This document shows, one piece after another, positions 1-7,756 of a stretch of DNA of 64,000 nucleotides. Both the position numbers and the translations under genes were made by a program. Source of the stretch: a virus. Location of the stretch: positions 32,001 to 96,000 of the IMG/VR virus record IMGVR_UViG_3300020048_000014; one strand, given 5' to 3'. Under the pieces are notes generated by a model. It had not been told where the DNA came from and made no database searches. It saw nothing but the letters and a program-made list of their open reading frames with translations. The first letter of the stretch is position 1; each line of letters opens with the position of its first letter.

Positions 1-1228
1 TAGACGGTTTAAGCATCCAAATGATTTGAGTATTTGGAAAAATTTGACCGATAAACTTATCTAGGCGACTGATCCAAGACTTATACGATTTAATATTAGG
101 AATGAGGTAGATGGTATATTTACCATTCGTAATATTATGATTGTAACCAGTGTGTAGAAATTCCAGTTTTTTACGAAGATTCCAAGAATCCGGGAAAGTA
201 TTCGAAAAAGAATATGTAAACCACTCCCCCTCATAGTTTGAGTTATGATTATAGGTGAGAACGGATGCGCCAAACTTAGGAGTCACGATCTTGGCTTTAT
301 CCTCATCCATCAATTGATTTAGAGCTAGTTGAATCTCATCAAGAACCTTACGATTTGATGGAGTATCTTCGATGTCTTCACGGGAGATTGGCACAGTGAG
401 TTTACCAATAGGCACATCGACCACAATCTTACTACGACAAGATTGAATCTTTAAATTAGAATTGGAACGATAGATAATTCCACCCATACGAATAGCCACA
501 CTCGAAGTGTAGTAATCAAAATCGTTATCATACTTATTGATAGTATAGCCATTAATGACTTTAGATAGTAATGGCTTAAATGGCGTGTTCACAGCACCAT
601 GCTGATTCGTAAAAATAATATTAGAATCAGGTAGAAAGTTGGTTACAAATTTTTGAGTGGTCGATTGGAAATCGTAATACTTATTACTAACATCCAAAGA
701 TACTTCTAGCCCAGATTCAGTAGTTGGTTCTGGATCAGATACCTTATAAATTTCTCCAACAGAAACACCAGAATCACCAGCACCAAGGATACAAGCATAT
801 TGTGTCTTGAACCCTTCATGATATGATGTGATATAAAATGTATCAGATACTGCAAATGGACTAAGCGCACCAATACCAAATCCACCGACTTGATTATTAT
901 TATCACGCTTATCACTTCCACCATACATGCCGTAGATATTACGAATAGAGTCTTCACTTAGACCCTTGGCATAATCCCTAGAACTCCACACGTATTGACC
1001 ATTGATATTCTCAATCTTAACCTCTACGGCTTTAGTAATACCATATTTCACATGTTCATCTTGAGAGTTAGTGATAGTTTCACGAACGCATGCAAGAACC
1101 TTATTGGTATAAATTTTATCACGAAGATAGCTTGCGAGCATATCTCCAGCACCTTGAGCAACACCCATTTTGGATACTGCCATGTCTTCCGATGCGATAG
1201 TAGGCGAATTCTTAAATTGTAGTTTCAT
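1..1228 (-). CDS. rIIA: rIIA-like protein with N-terminal GHKL/HATPase domain (3' end runs off the window)
   Basis: Translated by hand, since the ORF track misses it: MKLQFKNSPTIASEDMAVSKMG...VRETITNSQDEH...RDYAKGLS...SDKRDNNNQVGGFGIGALSPFAVSDTFYITSYHEG. Open to position 1. GGFGxGxxSPF is the rIIA/GHKL signature. Confidence 0.8.
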   Translation of the reverse strand, partial: MKLQFKNSPTIASEDMAVSKMGVAQGAGDMLASYLRDKIYTNKVLACVRETITNSQDEHVKYGITKAVEVKIENINGQYVWSSRDYAKGLSEDSIRNIYGMYGGSDKRDNNNQVGGFGIGALSPFAVSDTFYITSYHEGFKTQYACILGAGDSGVSVGEIYKVSDPEPTTESGLEVSLDVSNKYYDFQSTTQKFVTNFLPDSNIIFTNQHGAVNTPFKPLLSKVINGYTINKYDNDFDYYTSSVAIRMGGIIYRSNSNLKIQSCRSKIVVDVPIGKLTVPISREDIEDTPSNRKVLDEIQLALNQLMDEDKAKIVTPKFGASVLTYNHNSNYEGEWFTYSFSNTFPDSWNLRKKLEFLHTGYNHNITNGKYTIYLIPNIKSYKSWISRLDKFIGQIFPNTQIIWMLKPS

Positions 1229-1239
1229 AATGTGATGTA

Positions 1240-1257
1240 ATTATAGATTAGTGTTTA
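1240..1257 (-). promoter_or_regulatory. Early/middle promoter motif TAAACACTA-N3-TATAAT (copy 1 of 16), upstream of rIIA
   Basis: Minus strand TAAACACTA ATC TATAAT, 11 nt before the ATG. Confidence 0.75.
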
Positions 1258-1467
1258 ATTGCTTTTCTTGAGGAGAATTTGTTTTTCGTGTTGAAGCATT
1301 TTGAATTTCTGATTATATGCCCAAATAACAACCTTTAAGTTTTTATCTGTAAGTCCATTACCAGTCTCGGATGTGAGAACGCCCATTATCAATTTTTGGT
1401 TATCTTTCAAATCTTGAACAGTCTTATTCAAACTAATGAGTCGTTTTTGTTTTTCTTCCTGATTCAT
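1255..1467 (-). CDS. hypothetical protein
   Basis: 70-aa ORF; ATG lies 6 nt after the motif -10 box. Confidence 0.7.
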   Translation of the reverse strand: MNQEEKQKRLISLNKTVQDLKDNQKLIMGVLTSETGNGLTDKNLKVVIWAYNQKFKMLQHEKQILLKKSN

Positions 1468-1473
1468 ATAAGT

Positions 1474-1491
1474 ATTATAGATTAGTGTTTA
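1474..1491 (-). promoter_or_regulatory. Promoter motif copy 2
   Basis: TAAACACTA ATC TATAAT ACTTAT ATG. Confidence 0.75.
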
Positions 1492-1515
1492 ATCAGATTG
1501 TTTTCTGTCCAGTAA

Positions 1516-1740
1516 TCACTCATAACAAAGTTTGTAGTTTTTAGGATTTTCTAAAACGAAAAAATCAAAATGACCATCCTCTTGTAACCCATCAATAACT
1601 CTTTGAATGTAGAATTCGGTTTCGTCAAACACCAAAGTTATTAGTTTACCAGTCACATAATTTCTATATTCAATGACAGTATTATTTTCCACAGATTCCT
1701 CGGAATAATGCTTTAAAGACTTGCCATACACCGTAGACAC
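1516..1740 (-). CDS. hypothetical protein (start uncertain)
   Basis: ORF track; fills the gap in a co-oriented gene run. Confidence 0.45.
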   Translation of the reverse strand: MSTVYGKSLKHYSEESVENNTVIEYRNYVTGKLITLVFDETEFYIQRVIDGLQEDGHFDFFVLENPKNYKLCYE

Positions 1741-1768
1741 AATATTTAATTGATTTCAGTTGCTTCAT
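1682..1768 (-). CDS. small hypothetical peptide MKQLKSIKYCVYGVWQVFKALFRGICGK
   Basis: ATG sits exactly 6 nt after the -10 box of promoter copy 3. Confidence 0.45.
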   Translation of the reverse strand: MKQLKSIKYCVYGVWQVFKALFRGICGK

Positions 1769-1774
1769 ATTTTT

Positions 1775-1792
1775 ATTATAGTTTAGTGTTTA
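1775..1792 (-). promoter_or_regulatory. Promoter motif copy 3 (overlaps IKH-stop of upstream gene)
   Basis: TAAACACTA AAC TATAAT AAAAAT ATG. Confidence 0.75.
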
Positions 1793-2262
1793 ATGGATAC
1801 AATCCAGTCTGGTTGTTCTCTATTAGTCCATTTGAAGATATGCCTTTTATCGCCATTATAATAATTGTGATATGATTGAACGGGATCACTAGTTTTATAT
1901 TGATCAGGCATAGCCAATGCAAACTCTGTCATGCCGACTTTAGGAAAAGATAGAAGATGGCGATTGTCTGCTACCCATTTGAGTAGTAGAGAACTAGCAT
2001 GGACTTTATCATATCGAATGATATTCTCTTTACTAAGAGCAAAGACATAATCGACCACGTATTGAAAATTATCCTTCGAAGCTCTAGTGAAGATACTACA
2101 TGGATGATTTACATGGGTTGATCGATAAGGAGCATCTACACCTTGATAATGGAAGGTAGTGCAAATAAGTTGCATTGCTTCTAGGATCATTTTACCCACA
2201 TGTTTATCCACATGATACTGAGCATTTTTATCGATATTGTTGTCTAAAATAAATAGGTTCAT
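1783..2262 (-). CDS. pyrimidine-dimer DNA glycosylase (DenV/Pyr_excise-like)
   Basis: MNLFILD...YHVDKHVGKMILEAMQLICT...YRSTHVNHPC...YHNYYNGDK...KWTNREQPDW. Start reset to the ATG 6 nt after promoter copy 4. Confidence 0.75.
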   Translation of the reverse strand: MNLFILDNNIDKNAQYHVDKHVGKMILEAMQLICTTFHYQGVDAPYRSTHVNHPCSIFTRASKDNFQYVVDYVFALSKENIIRYDKVHASSLLLKWVADNRHLLSFPKVGMTEFALAMPDQYKTSDPVQSYHNYYNGDKRHIFKWTNREQPDWIVSIKH

Positions 2263-2268
2263 ATTGAG

Positions 2269-2287
2269 ATTATATATTAGTGTTTTA
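2269..2287 (-). promoter_or_regulatory. Promoter motif copy 4
   Basis: TAAAACACTA ATA TATAAT CTCAAT ATG. Confidence 0.75.
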
Positions 2288-3001
2288 TCGCTCACAAAAT
2301 CTAAGACTTTCATTGATTTCTGTATTGGGCAGTTCCCATTTAGAAATTTCCTTGGAATTGAGAGGACGGATATGGCGAGCATTAATATAATGCCTGCAAT
2401 TCTTGCCATCTTTAGGAGCCGGATAGATTACAAATGTCTCTCCTCGATGATAAGAACCATAATCTGATTCATGATTCAAAAAGAATACCCTTGATGTTCC
2501 TACTTCCGCTTTATCGACAGGTGCTTTGAAAAACAATCCATTATGCTTAAAGATAACATTATCCTCTACGAAAGTTACACGGACCTTATTATTATCTTTC
2601 TTCCACTTGGAAATTTTATTCTCACCAAGGATACCATTCAACACATAAAATCCACGAACTTCTTGAACACCACAATATCCAATAGATACAATCTCCCCAT
2701 CTTGTTCAAAGGCATGGAGATCGACCCTCCATTTGAGGTTATCATCATGGCCGATTTTATCCACCACTATAGAATAAACATCGTCCCACTTATCTCCAAT
2801 ATGTTTTCTGAGAAGACGATCAAGAGCATTGGAGGGATATTTTGACCGATAGGCCAAATTATTTGATCCCCGTGAAGCAAGCTCATCCAAAGATTCATCA
2901 TCCTTGATCTGATGAATCTTTGGATCTTTTCTGATCATATCATCATAATCACTTCGACTACTTCTAAAGTAATCTTTCTTCTTATGTTTGTCAGGCTTCA
3001 T
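2285..3001 (-). CDS. hypothetical protein
   Basis: 238-aa ORF starting 6 nt after promoter copy 5. Confidence 0.8.
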   Translation of the reverse strand: MKPDKHKKKDYFRSSRSDYDDMIRKDPKIHQIKDDESLDELASRGSNNLAYRSKYPSNALDRLLRKHIGDKWDDVYSIVVDKIGHDDNLKWRVDLHAFEQDGEIVSIGYCGVQEVRGFYVLNGILGENKISKWKKDNNKVRVTFVEDNVIFKHNGLFFKAPVDKAEVGTSRVFFLNHESDYGSYHRGETFVIYPAPKDGKNCRHYINARHIRPLNSKEISKWELPNTEINESLRFCER

Positions 3002-3007
3002 ATGAGT

Positions 3008-3025
3008 ATTGTAATTTAGTGTTTA
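3008..3025 (-). promoter_or_regulatory. Promoter motif copy 5
   Basis: TAAACACTA AAT TACAAT ACTCAT ATG. Confidence 0.7.
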
Positions 3026-3026
3026 A

Positions 3027-3353
3027 TCACCATTCCACGTAAACGTAACTATCAGTAATCTTTTTCTTCTTAGCAGAATCAGACACATCCCTCAGATACT
3101 TCAAGCATATATCACCACTAGGAAATCCACAAACTCCTTCGATCTTGATATCTCCGTCCATATTAACCTTACCGAAACACATCATCTCTTCAAAGTTTGT
3201 AAGAATATTAATTATTCTGAAATTACTCCAAAGCAAGTTTCTACTGATCTTGATAAGAGGAATTAGCTCTTGATATGATAATGCATCGAAAGATGCCCAA
3301 TCATCCACAAAATGGGATGGTTTTAGATTAAAGGTTTTCAGAAATTCATTCAT
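3027..3353 (-). CDS. hypothetical protein
   Basis: ORF track; likely start MNEFLK. Confidence 0.65.
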   Translation of the reverse strand: MNEFLKTFNLKPSHFVDDWASFDALSYQELIPLIKISRNLLWSNFRIINILTNFEEMMCFGKVNMDGDIKIEGVCGFPSGDICLKYLRDVSDSAKKKKITDSYVYVEW

Positions 3354-3361
3354 AATAATGA

Positions 3362-3394
3362 CGCACACCCATCAATTTTCATGATGGGTGTGCG
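3362..3394. terminator. 13-bp perfect stem-loop downstream of the NAMPT-like gene (terminator or stabilising hairpin)
   Basis: CGCACACCCATCA-N7-TGATGGGTGTGCG; no U-tract. Confidence 0.5.
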
Positions 3395-3413
3395 GGTTAG
3401 CTCCATCACTTCT

Positions 3414-4919
3414 TTAGAAGTTTTTTGCGACACGTTCACGGATCTCACTTAGAGTCTGATCATGTGTCAAAATACCATCAAGAAAAACGGTTTTAAGTTC
3501 GCCTCCAGATTCCTCTTCTTCTGTGCATTGGTCCTTTAAAACATATTCACCATCTATTAGATCAACTCTTAGACGACCTTTGGCAGATTTTTTGAGTCCA
3601 TCGTCTGTGATGGGATCTTTATAAATATCATAACCAACACCATCAACCTGCGCCCATGTCGCTTTAATAGCCATTCCGAGGCAATCACGGGTCAATAGGT
3701 TTAAAGTATAAGACCCCACACCGAATACGATATTATTAGATGCAAATCCTTTTTCTTTAAGACGGGTTAAAATATCAAATGCTCTTTGTTGAGTGATGGA
3801 ATCCCCATAAATTAGGCCCACTCGTTGATTCAGCATCTTATAACCTTGTTCAGATACAGTTCCACCGAAAATTTCCCACAGACATTCGACAGAACCTTTA
3901 TATTCATTACTACCCACGGGAGCAGTTGGATCACCACAAATAATATGAACAGGATTACCACTATCAGGTCTAAACACAACTTTAGCTAACCCAAGTTCAT
4001 TAGGTTGCCGATTTAAAATATCATCTTTAAGGATAGTTGCATACTCTGTGATAACTTTAAAATAGTCATAGGTGTCGCTCACAAGACTAACAATTCCAGT
4101 AGGGTAATGTTTTGTGATAGCATCTCTAAAGAATTCTAATTCTCCCGTCAATGCAGTTCCGAGACTACTCACACTATGTTCCGATGCTGGGACAGATGCT
4201 GCAATAAGTTCTTTATCAGCGTCGGCATTGTAATAATCTTCCAGTAGATCAATAGCTGGAATCGTATCGGTCCCCATAAAGCTTAGAAGGAATGCCGCGC
4301 CATTGATAGCAGAATCATGTCTACCACTCATACCACGAAATTCGAACCCATGTCCTTGAAAACATACCCCATCAGTATTACCAACGGTTTCCATCGCAAA
4401 CTTGTTAAACATTTTACGAAATTCAAATGCAATAGTGGCATTAGTGATAGGTTTCCAAGTTTCACAAGAAATAATAGTTTCAAGATAGTTAGTCAACCAA
4501 GCAAATTTAGGGTGAGTATTGGTGATGGTGAAATAAGGAACTTTAACATTAACCCTGCTACCTTCCGGTAACGCTTTGATACGAATTGGTAGATATCCAA
4601 GATCATGCAGTTCCTCAAATCGGGTCATATCGACGTTATCTTTACCTAGATATGCATCACAACGACGTTTAAATTTCTTAATGACAGTTTCCTTTGGAAG
4701 ATTGAAAAATCCATCATTGTAATCATTAATTAAAAAGTCTATAATGAAGTGTTGCAATCCGAAAATTACAGATTTATCGTCATAAAATTCTTTAAGAACT
4801 GGTAGGTAGCTACTATCTCTGGGTGTTTGGTTGGCATAGATATACTCCGTCAATGGGTCCATGAACCCGTGATGAGATAGTTTATATGCGTCCGTCTGTG
4901 TTAAGGGATTTGTAATCAT
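3414..4919 (-). CDS. nicotinamide phosphoribosyltransferase-like (NAMPT / candidate Namat)
   Basis: TDAYKLSH, HGFEFRG, SVPASEHSV, SLVSDTYD, VFRPDSGNP, LIYGDSIT, FGVGS, KDPITDDGLKKSAKG; likely start MITNPL. Confidence 0.9.
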   Translation of the reverse strand: MITNPLTQTDAYKLSHHGFMDPLTEYIYANQTPRDSSYLPVLKEFYDDKSVIFGLQHFIIDFLINDYNDGFFNLPKETVIKKFKRRCDAYLGKDNVDMTRFEELHDLGYLPIRIKALPEGSRVNVKVPYFTITNTHPKFAWLTNYLETIISCETWKPITNATIAFEFRKMFNKFAMETVGNTDGVCFQGHGFEFRGMSGRHDSAINGAAFLLSFMGTDTIPAIDLLEDYYNADADKELIAASVPASEHSVSSLGTALTGELEFFRDAITKHYPTGIVSLVSDTYDYFKVITEYATILKDDILNRQPNELGLAKVVFRPDSGNPVHIICGDPTAPVGSNEYKGSVECLWEIFGGTVSEQGYKMLNQRVGLIYGDSITQQRAFDILTRLKEKGFASNNIVFGVGSYTLNLLTRDCLGMAIKATWAQVDGVGYDIYKDPITDDGLKKSAKGRLRVDLIDGEYVLKDQCTEEEESGGELKTVFLDGILTHDQTLSEIRERVAKNF

Positions 4920-4969
4920 GTTATTTAATTTAATCCTCGCAAAGAGAAACCTTTTTACTAAATGATAGT

Positions 4970-5047
4970 ATGAAGGAAAGAAAATGGACACGAGAAGAAG
5001 AGCAATTTCTTATTGAAAATTATGAATATATGAAAATTATATTTTAG
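4970..5047 (+). pseudogene. 25-codon stub resembling the N-terminal HTH of a homing endonuclease
   Basis: MKERKWTREEEQFLIENYEYMKIIF*, antisense to its neighbours, preceded by TAAATG-N5-ATG. Confidence 0.45.
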
Positions 5048-5054
5048 TGTTTTA
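5036..5054 (-). promoter_or_regulatory. Promoter motif copy 6 (NAMPT-like gene)
   Basis: TAAAACACTA AAA TATAAT; no ATG at the usual +7 position. Confidence 0.65.
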
Positions 5055-5495
5055 TTATAAAATCTCTAGATTATCTTCGACGAATTTTTTCGTGTTTGTA
5101 TACAACTCTCCTTTAGATCCGATAGCAACATAGTCAGGATAAGCTACATTATCAATTGTTCCTTCCAGAGTATCAATCTCGAATGGTTCAACACCTTCTG
5201 GGATTTCTACTAGTGTGGTAGTAGTCTTTTTAATGTATTGTGAGCGATCTCTAAGTTGCAGTTCATGCACAATCTCATATGTATCTCGAAACACATCAGC
5301 TTTGATTGGATATTCCTTACCATCAGGTTGAATGATGATCAAGTCCTCGTCAGGATTGCTCACAAGAGGCTTGTCTGACCATGCAACCTTAAATTCTTCT
5401 ATGCCGTTGCACGCACGAATCGTTACGGTTGTCTTTTTGCGGACAGTTACACGTTTCCAATCACTTGGAATATCTTCAGTTGTTTTTAGTTTCAT
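5055..5495 (-). CDS. hypothetical protein with two internally repeated PGDYG-like modules
   Basis: KKTT...DLIIIQPDGKEYPIKADVFRDTYE and KKTT...PDYVAIGSKGELYTNTKKFVEDNLE. Confidence 0.6.
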   Translation of the reverse strand: MKLKTTEDIPSDWKRVTVRKKTTVTIRACNGIEEFKVAWSDKPLVSNPDEDLIIIQPDGKEYPIKADVFRDTYEIVHELQLRDRSQYIKKTTTTLVEIPEGVEPFEIDTLEGTIDNVAYPDYVAIGSKGELYTNTKKFVEDNLEIL

Positions 5496-6409
5496 AGTTT
5501 AATATCAAAGCAAGTTACTTTACTTGGTAAAAAGGATAGTTCGCCCCAATTACGCTTAGAGTTAGTAGTGTAAAAGTGATCAAAATAGTTTACCATTTTA
5601 TCAAGTCCTTCCATACAGTCATTGTGTGCAGTGAATAACATCAGCTTACCGCAATTCTTTTCTTTTAGTTTTTCACCAAGACCAATGAACGTTCCACCCA
5701 TAGAGGTAATGTCATCAGTAATCAAACATGGATGCCCTTCCAAGTCATCAGCATCAACAAAGAACTCTTTGATACTTCCATCTCGCACATCTCGAATCTT
5801 TTCGCACCGCACAAGATTAAATTGCTTGATCTTAAATGTATTGCTCAAATGCTGAACAATTTTGTTTACTCGTTTTCCAGCTCCTGCATCTGGACAAACA
5901 ATGTTAAAGTGGCGTTCACCTTCACAAGAAGTTATAACTTTCTCCACATATTCCAATTCATCAAGAACAGTAACATTATTAATCAATGCTGGAGTCACTT
6001 CGCTATGAGGGCATAGGATGATCACTTCATCAAATCCACAACCATTAATCATATCAGTAAAGACTTTGATAGTCAATGGTTCACCTTCATTACATACTCG
6101 GTCTTGACGAGCAGCAGGGAAGTATGGTAGAATCAACTTAATGTCCCTAAAGCCCATCCTGCGAGCAGCATCATTAGCGAGAATGATGTCGAATAGATCG
6201 CCAATCTTATTGTATCGTTGAGTAATAATAAGATTGGATTGTGCAGTAAACTCGCATACCGTTGTAATTTGAAAATGTGGTTCTCCGCCCTTGAAGTCAA
6301 ATTTCTTATGATCTAGTCCCACCCCATCCTTGTAGGGTGAGAAGTCTTTATCTAAATTTAAGATATAGGGAAATTCGGATTCAGCTTTCCAGTGAATGTG
6401 TTGACGCAT
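5492..6409 (-). CDS. ribose-phosphate pyrophosphokinase-like (candidate Adps)
   Basis: FKGGE, LILPYFPAARQDR, PHSEV, CPDAGA, KIRD, LITDDITSMGGTF PRTase motif. Confidence 0.9.
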   Translation of the reverse strand: MRQHIHWKAESEFPYILNLDKDFSPYKDGVGLDHKKFDFKGGEPHFQITTVCEFTAQSNLIITQRYNKIGDLFDIILANDAARRMGFRDIKLILPYFPAARQDRVCNEGEPLTIKVFTDMINGCGFDEVIILCPHSEVTPALINNVTVLDELEYVEKVITSCEGERHFNIVCPDAGAGKRVNKIVQHLSNTFKIKQFNLVRCEKIRDVRDGSIKEFFVDADDLEGHPCLITDDITSMGGTFIGLGEKLKEKNCGKLMLFTAHNDCMEGLDKMVNYFDHFYTTNSKRNWGELSFLPSKVTCFDIKL

Positions 6410-6415
6410 ATTAGT

Positions 6416-6434
6416 AGTGTATTATAGTGTTTTA
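6416..6434 (-). promoter_or_regulatory. Promoter motif copy 7
   Basis: TAAAACACTA TAA TACACT ACTAAT ATG. Confidence 0.7.
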
Positions 6435-6439
6435 TTGAT

Positions 6440-6890
6440 AAAAGGGGAATCCGGTTTCGAACTTCAAATCTTCAAATGATCTAAGGTTTGAGTTTTCAAC
6501 TTTTACAACTAACAGTCTGAGTTTTGATATCTAAGTTTTCACCACTAATCGAAATTAGTGTATGTCTTATCAGTATCATTATCGGGGGTCCGTTAAAGGT
6601 TCTTCTCACCAAATGGCGAGGGAGTTGTATTCGAGTCTTATCCACTCGAAACCGGAAATAGGTTTAGATTTCACAGGTCGCTCAATAATCACTATATCGT
6701 TCCACATGATATGATCGTTGGCCAAACGATGAGCCAAGGTGGATTGAATAAAGCTGGCAGCATTAAGCCTTTTACTTTAAGTAATATTGGGTCAAATTGC
6801 CCACGTTGAAGTCTAAAAGTTATATGGGTATGTAGGTTGTCATCCTACTACTGACGAAGCAATGTGTCGTCTACATAGACTACCCAAAAG
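6440..6890 (-). ncRNA. candidate structured non-coding RNA (~450 nt)
   Basis: No ORF; about 10 hairpins; long-range 10-bp helix 6451-6460/6646-6655; repeated AAAACTYAR motifs. Confidence 0.6.
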
Positions 6891-6893
6891 TAT

Positions 6894-7355
6894 TTAAATT
6901 AAAGTTTTTTGATTAAAATCATCGATTTCATCCTGAAGATTTTCAATTAGCTTTTGAGCACCATCACGTAACTCTAGAATTTCTTTAGATGTGATACATG
7001 AATATTTATTGCAAGGAACTATCACATATTTACCCTCTCGATACTCTGACTTTTCAGTTGCCTCGACAGCAGGACCAGAATTTCTAAATTGATTCCAAAA
7101 AGCCAATTCAGATTTTGCCTCTGTAAGTTTAATCAACTTATCAGCAATCCCAATATTCGCCATTGCGATTTTAGTTTTCAAATCAATGAGATATGCCCAC
7201 TCTTCTTGAAGTTGACCTAAGAGGTCAATACTTGAAAGGTCAAGAACTTTACCTTCTTCATATGTATTAAATTCCTCTACTTGTTTTTGTAGTTTGGCAA
7301 TTTTACCAGAAATACGATTTTTTTCTTTTAGTGCTCGGGAGATGTTAAATTTCAT
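6894..7355 (-). CDS. coiled-coil protein (resembles DIP1984-like family, tentative)
   Basis: MKFNISRALKEKNRISGKIAKLQ...LIDLKTKIAMAN...LQDEIDDFN. Confidence 0.6.
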   Translation of the reverse strand: MKFNISRALKEKNRISGKIAKLQKQVEEFNTYEEGKVLDLSSIDLLGQLQEEWAYLIDLKTKIAMANIGIADKLIKLTEAKSELAFWNQFRNSGPAVEATEKSEYREGKYVIVPCNKYSCITSKEILELRDGAQKLIENLQDEIDDFNQKTLI

Positions 7356-7515
7356 ATTGTTTTTTTTCTATTCTAAAGTTGTGATTCATTATAAGTCCGG
7401 TTTCCCAAGAGTCAAGACATTCATTCCAAATATCTTGAATCGAATCATCTGGGCATCGAATACATTCTCTGATTGCGTCGGTAATTGATTCACATATTCG
7501 CTGTTCTTGATTCAT
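7345..7515 (-). CDS. small hypothetical protein
   Basis: ORF track; likely start MNQEQR. Confidence 0.5.
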   Translation of the reverse strand: MNQEQRICESITDAIRECIRCPDDSIQDIWNECLDSWETGLIMNHNFRIEKKQYEI

Positions 7516-7647
7516 ATTATTAAAAAATGGCAAAGGTTACTGACTTTTACAGTATTATTATATCCACGACCCTCGGCATGGTATATGTTTGATCCACATC
7601 ATTGGACGGTGTTGGAGAGCATGTTGGGTAATGATTCCAACAAACTT

Positions 7648-7665
7648 ATTATATATTAGTGTTTA
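7648..7665 (-). promoter_or_regulatory. Promoter motif copy 8
   Basis: TAAACACTA ATA TATAAT; followed by non-coding sequence, not an ATG. Confidence 0.7.
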
Positions 7666-7676
7666 ATCTGTCAAAA

Positions 7677-7751
7677 TGGCACCAAGGGCTAGAATCGAAC
7701 TACATCTTGGCTGTTACAAACAGCCTGCTCTACCAATTGAGCTACCTTGGT
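7677..7751 (-). tRNA. tRNA-Thr(UGU) with encoded CCA
   Basis: ACCAAGG acceptor / CCTTGGT-G-CCA; D arm GCTC/GAGC; anticodon arm GGCTG-TTTGTAA-CAGCC; T loop TTCGATT. Confidence 0.85.
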
Positions 7752-7756
7752 TTTAA

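Noticed and set aside
61-1222. ORF-track calls 61..273, 706..957 and 995..1222
   Set aside because: They are alternate-frame or antisense shadows of the rIIA gene, which is open from 1228 to the window edge.
4920-5035. NAD-sensing riboswitch in the NAMPT-like leader
   Set aside because: No convincing structure is visible; the sequence is better explained as an antisense endonuclease stub.
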